Shown here: positions 25,835 to 38,233 of the stretch, in pieces
Position numbering within the stretch: the first letter of the stretch is position 1
Layout of the letters: every line of letters begins with the position of its first letter
Assembly: GCA_965113315.1 (NCBI GenBank)
Contig: OZ220370.1
Strand: one strand, 5' to 3'
DNA from: Podarcis vaucheri
Lineage: Eukaryota
Length of the DNA stretch: 64,000 bases
Program-made: the position numbers and the translations under genes
Notes under the pieces: generated by a model
The model's database searches: none
Told to the model about the DNA's origin: nothing
Seen by the model: the letters and a program-made list of their open reading frames with translations, nothing else

Positions 25835-25938
25835 TGAGGCTGATATTTGGATTCCTGAGCCATTTCATGCTGAAGTTCCTACAGACTGGTGGGATAAGGA
25901 GGCAGATAAATCCCTTTTAATTGGAGTGTTCAAGCATG
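25835..25938 (+). CDS. CHD7: CHD7 exon 25 ([35 protein letters not shown])
   Basis: tag|T...ATG|gtaagt, 104 nt. Confidence 0.96.
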
Positions 25939-27262
25939 GTAAGTGATGTCTCACTTCGAACAGAACTCCTTGGTAAAAGCTTTCTGTGTATACCAATATT
26001 CAGTCACAATATTAACAAGTGTAGTTCCAAAGAATTGTTGGCTTCTCGCTCCTTTTTTCCTTCTGCATTGAAAAAAAAATCTATTTGAGTTGTAAATATC
26101 AGATGCTGTTTTTAAATGTTTGCAGAACATTTCTGGAGAAAACATTACTTCCTTGGCTGTAAATAACACAAAACCATATTTGTTTAAATAATAGCCAAGT
26201 AGTATTATAGATCTCCATAAACTCCGCTTCCAGCACTGTTTCACTTGCNNNNNNNNNNNNNNNNNNNNNNNNNNNNNNNNNNNNNNNNNNNNNNNNNNNN
26301 NNNNNNNNNNNNNNNNNNNNNNNNNNNNNNNNNNNNNNNNNNNNNNNNNNNNNNNNNNNNNNNNNNNNNNNNNNNNNNNNNNNNNNNNNNNNNNNNNNNN
26401 NNNNNNNNNNNNNNNNNNNNNNNNNNNNNNNNNNNNTACANNNNNNNNNNNNNNNNNNNNNNNNNNNNNNNNNNNNNNNNNNNNNNNNNNNNNNNNNNNN
26501 NNNNNNNNNNNNNNNNNNNNNNNNNNNNNNNNNNNNNNNNNNNNNNNNNNNNNNNNNNNNNNNNNNNNNNNNGCAGTTAAGGACAGTGTGTTGTAGTACA
26601 AATCCTAATTGAATTGTGCTGTTCTGCCTATGTACAGCAGCTCTGTTTTGTGGGCTCAGCTGAGGCAAGTCTAGTCTAAAAATCATTTTCTTGCTGTGCA
26701 CTGTTGGGATCTGCCATTTTCCATCTAGTCAACTTGGATGGCACAGAAAAGTAAACAGCAGTTTGAAAACCATGGAGGGAACGGTGTCATCTTACTGACA
26801 TGCATCATCCTAAACCGAATAAGACAGGTTTGCTGGCCTTACGTATTTTCCCATGTATGCATTTCCAACTGTAAGTGCCAGTTTCAATAGGGCTAGTACC
26901 ATTGAAAGGAAGGTGAGTTGGGGGATGTTAAATCTAGAGGTGAAAGGGTAACTAATAAAAAGCTTTGTGCATGGCTACTGCTCCCATTTTTTTGCCTTGC
27001 TCGCCCACTCACCCAGCCAAACACTGCCTGGAAATCTTTAATGTCTCCATGCTTTCCACAGGTGTATGGCACATTCTTGTTTGTAATGAAAGGAAGTAGA
27101 AATGTGGAAGTAGAACTTGTCTTCACACATTCTTGTATGTCATGGGAACGGAAAAGTAGAAATGCAGTTTTCTCGTTCTGCATCAGTATAAAAGTGTCAT
27201 TCACATGGAGCTATTTTGTTTATACTTGTGGGTGCTTGGTGTGTTTTTCTGTCTGGGTGCAG

Positions 27263-27392
27263 GCTATGAGAAGTACAATTCAATGAGAGCCGACTCCACA
27301 CTCTGTTTCCTGGAACGTGTTGGTATGCCTGATGCCAAGGCCATAGCTGCTGAGCAGAGAGGAACAGATATATTAACAGATGGTGGTGATGG
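27263..27392 (+). CDS. CHD7: CHD7 exon 26 ([33 protein letters not shown]...)
   Basis: cag|GC...GG|gtaagg, 130 nt. Confidence 0.96.
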
Positions 27393-27702
27393 GTAAGGAC
27401 ATTATAAAAATTTAATAAACTTTACAACACTATCATAAATACTGGCCTGGCTTCACCTATTGCATCACATTTGAGGATTCTCTTTCTTATAACAGTGTTT
27501 CCACATATATGGTGAAATAGTTAAAAAGCAAGTTTGAGATTCATTTTAATGGATATATAATTAGACATTAAGAAGCTTTTTTTGGTCATTTAACATTGTC
27601 CCTCATGATACTGCATAATAAGGTTTGGAAAGGATTTGTTCTTTAGCTCTGATAGTTGTGTTTCTCTCCCCCCCCCCCCCCCGCACATCATATTTCCTGT
27701 AG

Positions 27703-27775
27703 GGGTGATTTTGATAGAGAAGATGAAGATCCAGAATATAAACCAACCAGGACTCCATTCAAAGATGAAATTGAT
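27703..27775 (+). CDS. CHD7: CHD7 exon 27 ([24 protein letters not shown])
   Basis: tag|G...GAT|gtaagg, 73 nt. Confidence 0.94.
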
Positions 27776-28003
27776 GTAAGGATCTTGACATGCTAATACA
27801 TGGTTTTTTTATTAATGTGTAATTTTTATTAATGTGTAATATTTGAAGAAAGGTTATTTGAAATATTAATGTATTGTCTCATGTAATGTTCTTGTGTGTA
27901 ACAAAAAAGTTATTTTCAGCTTTTTGAAAGGTCATTTCCTCTGCTTCCTTAAAGCTAAATTTTTGAAAAACAAATGCTGAAGTAACACTCTTTTTTCCTA
28001 AAG

Positions 28004-28055
28004 GAATTTGCAAACTCTCCTTCTGACAAGGAAGAATCCATAGAGCTCCACACAA
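28004..28055 (+). CDS. CHD7: CHD7 exon 28 (EFANSPSDKEESIELHT)
   Basis: aag|GAA...CAA|gtaagc, 52 nt; phase fits exons 27 and 29. Confidence 0.9.
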
Positions 28056-28518
28056 GTAAGCCTGGGAATGGGGTGAGGGAGAAGTGTTAATAATCAAATA
28101 TTATCTAATGTTGATTGTGGTACACAAGGGACCAACTTTTTGTGCTTTAATTTTCAGAAAAATTAATGGCTTTATATCTTTTTTGTAATAATTTGCCACT
28201 TACATATACTGTTGCTTTGTATATGCTTTATTCAGTTTGGTTACATAATGGGATATGTGCAGTGGCAGAGCCAAAGCTATAACCATTTTGGAGAGGGATA
28301 ACCATTTTAGCTGTGTGTTGTCACCAGAACTTCACTGAGTGTGTTGTTCACAATAGTGAAGTTCAAGACGTAAATGTTTCAGAATTCATCTTAAGAGGAC
28401 TTCAGTGTTAGATATTTGATTTGTGGGGTTTTAAACTCAATGTGCTTTTCATATATAGCAAATTAGCATTTGACTATAATTATGAATGTCTAATATTAGC
28501 TTTGCTAATATTTTGTAG

Positions 28519-28747
28519 GCAAGCACAGTGAAAGCAATGCAGATTTTGGCCAACTCTACTGGCCTAACACTTCAACCCTGACTACCCGCTTGCGCCGCCT
28601 CATTACTGCCTATCAGCGTAGCTATAAAAGGCAACAAATGAGGCAAGAGGCGCTAATGAAGACTGACCGACGCCGTCGACGACCTCGTGAAGAAGTGAGA
28701 GCATTAGAAGCTGAAAGAGAAGCTATAATAACGGAAAAACGTCAAAA
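28519..28747 (+). CDS. CHD7: CHD7 exon 29 (...[25 protein letters not shown]...EKRQK)
   Basis: tag|GC...AA|gtaagt, 229 nt. Confidence 0.96.
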
Positions 28748-28899
28748 GTAAGTTTCTTTAGGCTCCGTTCTCATAGAAATGAGCATCTGCTTGCAACATC
28801 GCTCATTTTCTTTGAAATAGATCCTGGTATCTGGTATCAAATTGGGGTGTGAAAAGCTCTTAGATGTGTCCTGACATGCTAATCTCTTCCTTTTTCCAG

Positions 28900-29108
28900 A
28901 TGGACAAGAAGAGAGGAAGCAGATTTTTATCGTGTTGTGTCTACTTTTGGGGTTATTTTTGACCCTATAAAGCAGCAGTTTGATTGGAACCAGTTCAGAG
29001 CTTTTGCCAGACTTGATAAGAAGTCTGATGAAAGTTTAGAGAAGTACTTCAATTGCTTTGTAGCTATGTGCAGGCGAGTGTGCCGAATGCCATCCAAGCC
29101 AGATGAAG
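28900..29108 (+). CDS. CHD7: CHD7 exon 30 (SANT-like: [18 protein letters not shown]...)
   Basis: cag|A...AAG|gtaggt, 209 nt. Confidence 0.96.
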
Positions 29109-29945
29109 GTAGGTTTGCTGATAACTGTAACTCTAATAAATGGAAAGTTATAAACTGAGACAAGTTCCAAGCGAAGGTGCAAGTGGATATTTAAAATACA
29201 TCTTCTATGTTTGCTTCCCCTTCACATATACTCAACTTTTTTCAATTCACACACACACGCAAGTATTCATTCAAATGTAGAAAGTATATAAAAATCCTAA
29301 CGTGTGGAAGATGAAGTATTTGGATTGGTCTGTTCCTCTTGCACGAGACTCAGGCAGGAGCAAAGAATTGTGGGAAGTAGATAGCTCCTCATTTTTTCCC
29401 TCCTGCCTGGACAGAGCAGCTTGATCCTCCCAGCTCTCATGGTTTTGTTCTCTGTTACTCAGCTGAATCCTCTTTAACTCCTGTCTTTGTTGTTCTAAGT
29501 TACTTAGTAATCTTTCTCTTGCTTACTTGTTTGTTGGATAAATTTTCCTGTCTTTGTTGCCGTTTGTGTCCTTTTTTTCTCCGCCACTGAGGTAACAAAA
29601 AAAGAGAGAGAGAAGTATCTTACTCACTCATAGATGACTAATGCTACAGTCCACTCTTCTCTGCTTCACCTCCCCCATCCCATCAGGCCATTTGGACCTA
29701 GTGTTGACACTTCTTAAAAACTATTGAGCACTTGGAATGTTCACCATTATTCCGTAACTTCTTAGCAGCTGACCCAGTGATTTGGGGTATCTGAGTTCAA
29801 GTACCTTAAATTAGAGATCATAGCAAGATATTTAAGAAAATGCAGGTCAGTTATTTTTAGGGTTCTCCCCCCCCCCTTTTGTTGAGTAAAATGTAGTAAT
29901 TTTAAAATCTTCCTAATATCTACTTATTTATCTCTTTTCCTATAG

Positions 29946-30626
29946 AACCCCCTGATCTTTCTACTGTGATTGAACCAATCACTGAGGAACGTGCTTCTCG
30001 AACTTTGTATCGCATAGAGCTCTTGCGGAAAGTCCGAGAGCAGGTTCTCCATCATCCACAATTGGTGGAAAAGTTAAAACTGTGTCAGCCAAGCTTGGAT
30101 CTGCCAGAGTGGTGGGAGTGTGGCAAACATGACAAAGATTTACTGATTGGTGCTGCTAAACATGGAGTCAGCAGGACAGATTATCATATCCTGAATGACC
30201 CTGAACTTTCTTTTCTTGATTCTCATAAAAACTTTGCTCAAAACAGGGGTGGAGGTAATCTGAGTACTTTGTTAAACCCATTGGGTGTCTGCTGTAGCCA
30301 GACAGCCTCTGTTATCCCATCCACACCAGCACAAGATGAAAAGTCTGCAGAACAAGCTGAAGTTAAACTGGAAGGACCTGAGAAAACTTCAGCCAAAGAG
30401 GAGTCTGATAGTAAAGAGGAGGAAGATGCAACAGATACTGCAGGAAAAAGTGATAAGGAGGAATATGAGGCTGAGGCTGAGGCTGGTCCTGTTAAATGTG
30501 AAATAAAGGACATGGAATTGAGCACAGAGGTAGAGCCAAAATCTATTTCTGAGAAAGGTTCGGAAGATGATGAAGAAGAAAAACTCGATGATGATGACAA
30601 ATCAGAAGAGTCATCCCAACCTGAAG
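29946..30626 (+). CDS. CHD7: CHD7 exon 31 ([20 protein letters not shown]...acidic linker...SSQPE)
   Basis: tag|AA...AAG|gtaatc, 681 nt; ORF 29966-30652. Confidence 0.96.
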
Positions 30627-31532
30627 GTAATCGTGAAGAAAATAAGGGTTGATTCAGAATAATATTGTCCATATTTGGTACACCATATATGCAGTCTCCC
30701 ATCAGACATTTTTGAGCTGAAAGGAGACCTACCTTTAATTTTATGATCTTACTCCTACCTTTGCAGTTTTAGGATTGCATGAATTCAGTAGGTTTTTTTT
30801 AAAGCATTCTGTCTTCAGAGAGCCTGTCCATATTGACTTACCTGCCAAGGCAATCTCTACATCTGACTAGATAACCTTGTACAATCCAGACGATTCTGGA
30901 GTATGTTATAAGAACCCTTCCTGGATCTGTTTTGGCCTCGTTATTCCTTTGTAAGACTGTTGCATCCTTGAACAACTAGTGCTGGCCTACAGTTGGATAC
31001 TGCATAGGGGAGATCTGTAGTTGTAGTGGGTAAGAGTTGCATAGGATGCAGTTTGAAAACCAGTGTTTTATTTGGTTCCAACAAAGCAGGTCTACAGTGC
31101 AGTATAAATGTTTTTGTTTTTTAAAAAACAACACAGAATTGCCTCAGTTGATAGATAATCCTGAGCTGACTGCAAAACTGGAATATTATCATTGTAATAA
31201 ATATGGAGCACAAAAGAGCAGATATATATCATACTCTGTTCAAAACACCAAAGTCATGGAGCATAAGAAGAGTACTGTACAGTGACATGGCAAAATAGCA
31301 TACTAAAGTCGGCTTGTTTAATTTGAAAAATTGCCATCCAAATGCTGCTTTTGGGATCTTTCTTCATCTCATTAACATATCAAAGAGTACATTATCAACC
31401 TGAGTGAATGTTCAACATCTTTAATGTATAGAAAACTGCCCGTAAAGACTTTGTCAGATCAACACTACAATGATACTGTAAATAATGGTGGCTTACTTCT
31501 GTGACTAATTCTTAGTGATTAATATTTCTCAG

Positions 31533-31693
31533 CAGGAACAATTTCTCAGGGTAAGAATTTTGATGAAGAAAGCAATGCATCCCTGAGCACCGCAAGGGAT
31601 GAAACACGTGATGGATTTTATATGGAAGATGGAGACCCATCAGTAGCTCAGCTCCTTCACGAAAGAACATTTGCTTTTTCATTCTGGCCAAAG
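31533..31693 (+). CDS. CHD7: CHD7 exon 32 ([17 protein letters not shown]...FAFSFWPK)
   Basis: cag|CAG tandem acceptor...AAG|gttggt, 161 nt. Confidence 0.93.
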
Positions 31694-34439
31694 GTTGGTT
31701 CAACAGATGACTTCCTACCATCTGACTGTTGAAAACTGATCACTTCTGAGGAGTGATGTGCTTGTTGCATTACTTATTACATAATGTAGTTTTTCTCAAA
31801 CTATGAAGCAGGGGTGCCTTTCAGGGGACATGAGAGACACTCAAGGCATGGCAAAGGTTTGCCAGCCTGGTCACCAGTGGCTCAACTGCAACTGAGTGGC
31901 CTGCTGGGAGCATACACCCTTTCTAGTATAATAGCAGTAGAGGAAAGTCAAACTGCCTTTGCATTTTGCCAAGTCTTCCTTCCCTTTTCTACTGGCTCCA
32001 TTGCTGCATGGATAAATTTTCCGTTGCCCCTGTGGGGCAACCTGTAGGCCAGATGTGGTCCATGGATCCTTGGGACTCTGAAGTCTAATTGTAGATAGCA
32101 TGGTGGGGATATTTTGGCAGGTGGTAGCTGCAGGTGGAAGGATTAACTCAATATGTGCTGCCACCCCTTAAGAATCCCTCCCGGGCATAGCAAGAGGGCT
32201 TTGGGGTAAACTTTATTACCATGAAGGATAGAAAGAGATGATGGGAGGTTTAAATGACTGTATGTGAACAGGGGTTGTATAGATGGCTGTGCAAGGAATC
32301 TCCTGCCCACTTTTGGTCTCACTTACCATCGCTATTCAGTGCCAAACCCGTTTCCCTTCTGGTGACTCATTCAGAGGCAACCCATTCAGAATTGGAAACT
32401 TTCCTAAATTTCCAGAACAGGTTTTTGGAGAAGGATGTTGAAGGAAGGGATATCCTTTTAAGTTTCTGTGTAGAGTTCTGCATGCTGCTCCTTGGATCCT
32501 GTGTATTTTTGGAGAGGGGGTGGGGGTTGGCAGGGGGGGGAAAAGAGTACATTCAGAAGGGTGGAGCCAAGTTCAAAAGTACTGGAAAACACTTGACAAT
32601 ACAGCCTAGGGATTACATCCAATGTAGTGCTAAGTTAAAGTCATTTGCAATATACTTGTTTTGCCGGCAAATCTTTTTTTCTGGCAGTGGAATGTTACTG
32701 CACAAGAGAATGCATAAGTGGGTTGCTTGTAACTTTCTTTGCACAATAGATTGCACAATCTGTCGCTTGAGTTTCCACTAGCACAACTGTAGCATTGGAT
32801 ATTGTGCATCATCATCATCACCATTTGATTTATATTTCACTTTACATGCCATATTATTAAATCGTGCCTGTTTGCGCAAATGCCCTTGCACTAGTAGACA
32901 AAGAATGTTGGATAGAGCCCTGTAGGTTTAGGTAGTTGCCCCCTAAAAGCAATTCAAATTAGCATGCAGAAAGAGATGGGACTGGAATTGTGAAAGCTAT
33001 GTAAATATGCATTATCATATTTAATAGAACATATAAGAATATAAACTAAAATTTGGCGAGCTCTTCCTTTATGAATTGAAGGAAGTAAAATAAGGAAATA
33101 CTGTAATCCTAAATAGCTTGTAATATAAAATAGGAGAACATTTGTCTACTAGAGCTATCACTTTTATTTTTGCAACAATTAAAAAAAACAACACTTTACT
33201 GGACAAAATGCAGCGGTGATAATTGTACTAGTTCTATATACCACTCAGGTTCTGGTTTCAGAGGGTGCTGGAGAGAAATAAAGTAGTAATAGTCTTAAGC
33301 TTCCTAATCACCATAACAGGGCCATCTGGTTTGGGGGGGTTGAAATAACCCCTGCTGTAATAGGCTTATTCCTGGGCAAAGCAAGCAGCTGGTTGCAGCT
33401 GCTGAGATCTGCTAGTGGCTTTTACACTGTTCAGGTAACTGAAGGTTGATTCTATTTAGTAATCAATAGCCAATTTTCAAAAGTTGATTGTGTATGCATG
33501 TATGTATGTGGGTACATGTTTGTTTGTGTGTGTGTATCTAATATGTTTATATTGTGTTTCCACCAAATTTGTTCAAGGTGATTTACAATTATGTAGAACA
33601 ATTTAAATAAATCAATATAATGCAGCAATATAAAACAATTAGTAAAGCAACAGGCAGTCAAAGCAGCAGCAAAGATAACATGTTTATGATGCCATTAACC
33701 AACAACTCGGGAGAATAAAATAGTCTTCACATGGCACAAAATGACAAAAGAATGGATGGAAAGCAAATGTTTCCAGGGGTGGTGTTTTGACTCCCCAGAA
33801 AGGGAAGTGATGCATCATTATTAACTAGTGAACTAAAAGACCATTAAACACATTTTGAAAATTATCCAACTAGGTTTCAAAGCCCTTTTCTCTATGCAGT
33901 AGCATTCATATTGTATTTGCCTATATTCTAAGAGGGCTTAGCTGTAATTAGAATTTTTTAATGTACACGCTTCAGTGGAACCTGAAGTGATAATGGGCGT
34001 GGAATGAAAATTGACATTTATTAGATGTCCCTAGGTTGGTGCCCGTTTCATAACATTGAACTTTATTAATAGTGACACTAATGAGGAACTACTTCCTGGG
34101 ACAAAATTGCAGATGCAGCCTGTTGGCTCTGACATACCCAAGGCAAAGATGTTGAGTTACAAGAATTATACTACTAGTGGTTTAACTGATGTTTTGTTTT
34201 AGTATATGATAGCAGTACTGAGAACTGAGAAAATGTGTGTCAGATGGCTTGCAAAAGGCTCATGCTCCTCAACATTCCCAATAATTTAAATGACAAGTGC
34301 CTGTAATATTTCTTCTGATCCGGAGTTTCAGTTGCAGTTTTGTCAAGCAGTGCAGCCTGTTAAGCTGTGTGTGCATGGCCCGACTGAGCTCAAATGGCTA
34401 CTTTCACATGACATTCATTATGTATTTCCCTTTCTGCAG

Positions 34440-34667
34440 GATCGAGTAATGATCAACCGATTAGACAACATCTGTGAAGCAGTGTTGAAAGGGAAGTGGC
34501 CAGTAAATAGACGCCAGATGTTTGATTTCCAGGGCCTTATACCTGGGTATACGCCAACAGCTGTGGACAGCCCTCTACAGAAACGGAGTTTTGCAGAGCT
34601 CTCCATGGTTGGTCAAGCCAACATCAGTGGCAATGAAGATATCACAGTCTCTCCTCAGTTGTCCAAG
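34440..34667 (+). CDS. CHD7: CHD7 exon 33 ([21 protein letters not shown]...SPQLSK), non-canonical GC donor
   Basis: cag|GAT...AAG|gcatgt, 228 nt; alternative in-frame GT at 34677. Confidence 0.88.
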
Positions 34668-35012
34668 GCATGTTTAGTATGAGAGTCATAAAGTTGCTTT
34701 TAAAGATATAAAACCAGAAGGGGTCAAAACAGTAGCAGAAAAAACATCCATAGTTATAAACCTACTCTGAGAAAGATAGTACTAAATATATTAAGGTACA
34801 AAATAGGTCTGATGTTACATTTTTCATTAAGATGAAATCTGTAACGATCTCTTCTTAGAACTAGTTGATCTGACAAGATGTAACTAGTTGGGCTTGTGCA
34901 ATCCTATTTAACTTTTTCCATCATTTTAAAATATTTAGAAAATTGAAATCACACCAAAAAAAGCAAGGGGTATTTCATTGCTCATAATAATAATGTGTTA
35001 ATTTTTCTTTAG

Positions 35013-35456
35013 GAAGATGCACTCAATTTGTCAGTTCCACGCCAGCGGAGGAGGAGGAGAAGAAAGATTGAAATTGAGGCTGAAAGGGCAGCCAAAAGGA
35101 GAAATCTCATGGAAATGGTTGCCCAGTTGCGAGAGTCACAGGTTGTCTCAGAAAATGGACAAGAAAAAATTGTAGACTTATCAAAGGCCTCACGAGAGGC
35201 AACAAGTTCTACCTCAACTTTTTCAGCTGTTCCTTCAAAGTTTCTATTACCTAATGTTTCCACACCAGTGTCTGATGCCTTTAAAACTCAGATGGAGTTG
35301 CTACAAGCAGGTCTTTCACGCACACCCACAAGGCATCTACTAAATGGTTCTCTAATTGATGTAGAACCACCCATGAAAAGGAGGAGAGGAAGAAGGAAAA
35401 ATGTAGAAGGGCTTGATCTGTTATTTATGAGCAACAAGCGAGCATCGTTGACAGCA
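35013..35456 (+). CDS. CHD7: CHD7 exon 34 ([18 protein letters not shown]...[16 protein letters not shown]...LTA)
   Basis: tag|GAA...GCA|gtaaga, 444 nt. Confidence 0.96.
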
Positions 35457-36184
35457 GTAAGAGAGAAGACTTTTTCTTTGACGTTAATTCTGCATTATGT
35501 GAGGCAGAACACCAAAATTGGCATTTTATTCCCAGATATAAATATTCTATTTTGTATTTTCAGTTCCATATTAACATTTGGGCATGCTCCTGTTCTAATA
35601 TACAAAACACTGGTCAGTTGAACACAGTAAGAATAAATTCACAAAATACCTCTTAAGAACTAAACTCACTGCAAAAGAAGAATTTCATTTTAATTCACCA
35701 GATTTGCTTTGAGCTGATGTAGAATAATAGCAGCAGCCAAAGGAGGAGCTGAGTGGATGGCAGCCAAGTCAGGGGGTGTGAGGAGAGGCATAGAGTTTAC
35801 CACCAGCTCCCTAGGTCTGCCAAGATGCTGTTTCTGGGAGATGCTTTAACATCAAAAGGATGCCCCACTGAGGCTGTGCTTAAGACACGCCCCAGATCAG
35901 CTCATCTTGCATTGGTGGGGCTGGGGAAAGGGAATGATATAAGCCAAGTCTTCTAGACATGGTAGGTTGAGCCATTGGCAAGCGCAACCCCAAAGAGGTT
36001 TTTGTTTAATTCTCTGCTTTGGAGGGCAACACAGGCTTGAGCTCACACACCTTCTAATTCATCTTATTTGACATGGTTGTGTGATTGGGGTTTTTTTCCC
36101 CTCTGGGGAAACAAAGCTCCTCTCTCTGGGTCATTACACAGACAAGAGGCTGGAGATGGCCTGTAGAAGTGAGAGACAAAAGTT

Positions 36185-36722
36185 GTAGTGGATGTACAAC
36201 ATAGTAGCTGGCTGGCTTGCAAGTCAACTAGCCCCTTGCAAGCAGGATTTGTACTGGTTGCTAATTTGCTACCAGACCAAGTTCAATGTGTTGATTCTGA
36301 CATATAAGGCCCTAATCAGTTCAGGACCTGGTTACTTGAGAGACCACCTTAATGCTTTAATACCCAGAAGGTCTCTGGAGTATAAGGAAGAGCTTCTCCT
36401 TCAAGATCCAAAGACATTAGAAGCCTGCTCTGCAGTCACTCAGTGTAGGGCTTTTAGTGTGGCTGCCCATGTTCTGTGAAACAACATTCCTATCACTTAT
36501 ACAACATGTGCCCACTCTTTGCGCTTTCCAGAAGCAATTGAAGGTATTTCTGTTCCAACCAGCTTTCCCAGTTGGACAAATTGGGCCTCTGCTGTGAGGG
36601 TCTACTTTGTGTTGCTTTAATGTTTGTCTGATGTTATCTTCTGCGTTGTTCTAACTGTGTTTTAGCTGATTGTATTGCATTTTGTACATCACTTTGAGAC
36701 ATTTGGAAGGCGATTTAATAAC
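36185..36722 (+). mobile_element. L2-clade LINE 3' fragment
   Basis: ORF 36192-36479 DLYWLLICYQTKFNVLILTYKALISSGPGYLRDHL...RAFSVAA is the L2 ORF2 C-terminal signature. Confidence 0.8.
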
Positions 36723-37717
36723 AGCAACTGAAGGCTGTATGTCACAAAGGGTGGGGCCAGGGCCAAAAAGTGGGCAAAGGCTATGGACACACAAAATGAG
36801 CCTTCTTCAATCTTACCTTTTTAAATATTATTTAATGCATTTGTTAGTATCTTTACATGGAAAAGTCTTCAAGCAACTTAATATAAAATACAAACAGATA
36901 AAACATATGAAGAGCTAGAACATTTTAAAACAATGTACAATACAAAAAAACCCCCCAAAATGCTAATGTGAATAATCAGTGGTGCTATTTGCATAGAGTG
37001 CTTCTCAGGTGGCTCTGAAGATGGTTCTGAGGGAAACAGAGACTTGAAATGCCCAAATGCAGCCAAACGCTTGTGGAAATCTCCTCTTAAGTGTTTCCAA
37101 AGTTTTTTTCCCCTGAGGTCTTGAGAACACTGAAGGAGTAGCAGGGCACAGGAGAACATGCACAGTAGGGCTGATTGCCCGAGACAATGTATGACCATGC
37201 TAGTCACACACTAGCAGATTGGTGGAGCAAAACCAAGGAGAGGGCAGGGTTTCAGAAAAGAATCTGGAGACCTGGACAGAGAAGCTGTCTGTGCTGGAGC
37301 AAGCTTGTGGGCTGGTATTTCCTCACTCCTGTTACAAGGATTATAAAATGATGCACATGAATTGTTTTGAATAGTCTGTACAGTTTCCTGAAATTTGTTC
37401 CTTTAAAAAAAGCATCTATCGACTCTGCAAACTGTATTCAAAATAGAAAATATTGTGGGTAAACTACCGATTAGCTTGAGTAATCAGTATTCTATGTATA
37501 ACTGTTGAATGCTTATGAACCTGTAGGGATTCACATTCACATATGTCCTGGCAGGTACCTCTATAGTAGGCTTTCACCTTTCATACCTACTCAGCATGAC
37601 CTTTCCAGCACATGCACCCATGGGGAAAACCCCTGCCCATTTGGGTTTCCATTTGCCATACTCTTGTCTGTGTACAAAGTGTATGGCCCCACTAAGTTTA
37701 ATTGTTTGATGGAAGTA

Positions 37718-37928
37718 CAGTTGTACCTTGGAAGTCGAACAGAATCCCTTCCAGAAGTCTGTTCATCTGCCAAAATGTTCAAAAACCAAATTGTGGTTTC
37801 TGATTGGCTGCAGGAAGCTCAATTCAAAGCCGCAGAAGCCCTATCAGACGTTTGGCTTCCAAAAGAATGTTCGTAAACCGGAACAATCACTTCCAGGTTT
37901 GCAGCTTTCGCGATCCAAGGTACAACTG
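37718..37928. mobile_element. Tc1/mariner (Tigger/pogo-like) MITE
   Basis: Perfect 15-bp TIR CAGTTGTACCTTGGA with TA on both sides. Confidence 0.88.
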
Positions 37929-38011
37929 TATTCCCATTTTAAGTTGTATGCTTTTGAAGCAACTCTTGTAATGTTCTCCTGAAAGTTGATATAATTGTCA
38001 CCTTTCTCCAG

Positions 38012-38233
38012 GAGGATGCAGAAGTGACCAAAGCATTTGATGAAGAAATGGAAACCCCCCCATTGAGAAACATTCCATCTCCTGGGCAACTGGATCCTGA
38101 TACTCGCATCCCTGTCATTAATATGGAAGATGGGACCAGGCTGGTGGGAGAGGATGCTCCTAAAAACAAGGATTTAGTTGAATGGCTTAAATTGCATCCA
38201 TCATACACTGTGGATATGCCAAGTTATGTACCA
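38012..38233 (+). CDS. CHD7: CHD7 exon 35 (BRK domain 1: [25 protein letters not shown]...WLKLHP)
   Basis: cag|GAG...CCA|gtaagt, 222 nt. Confidence 0.96.

Larger units (their letters stand above)
24806..26572. other. Cluster of gaps (24806-25057, 25086-25345, 26249-26436, 26441-26572)
   Basis: N runs separated by called islands as short as 4 nt. Confidence 0.99.

Noticed and set aside
24702-26701. ORFs of 100-220 aa in the ORF track
   Set aside because: Artefacts of N runs lacking stop codons
32254-32781. 175-aa intronic ORF
   Set aside because: No recognisable homology or exon-like boundaries; consistent with chance
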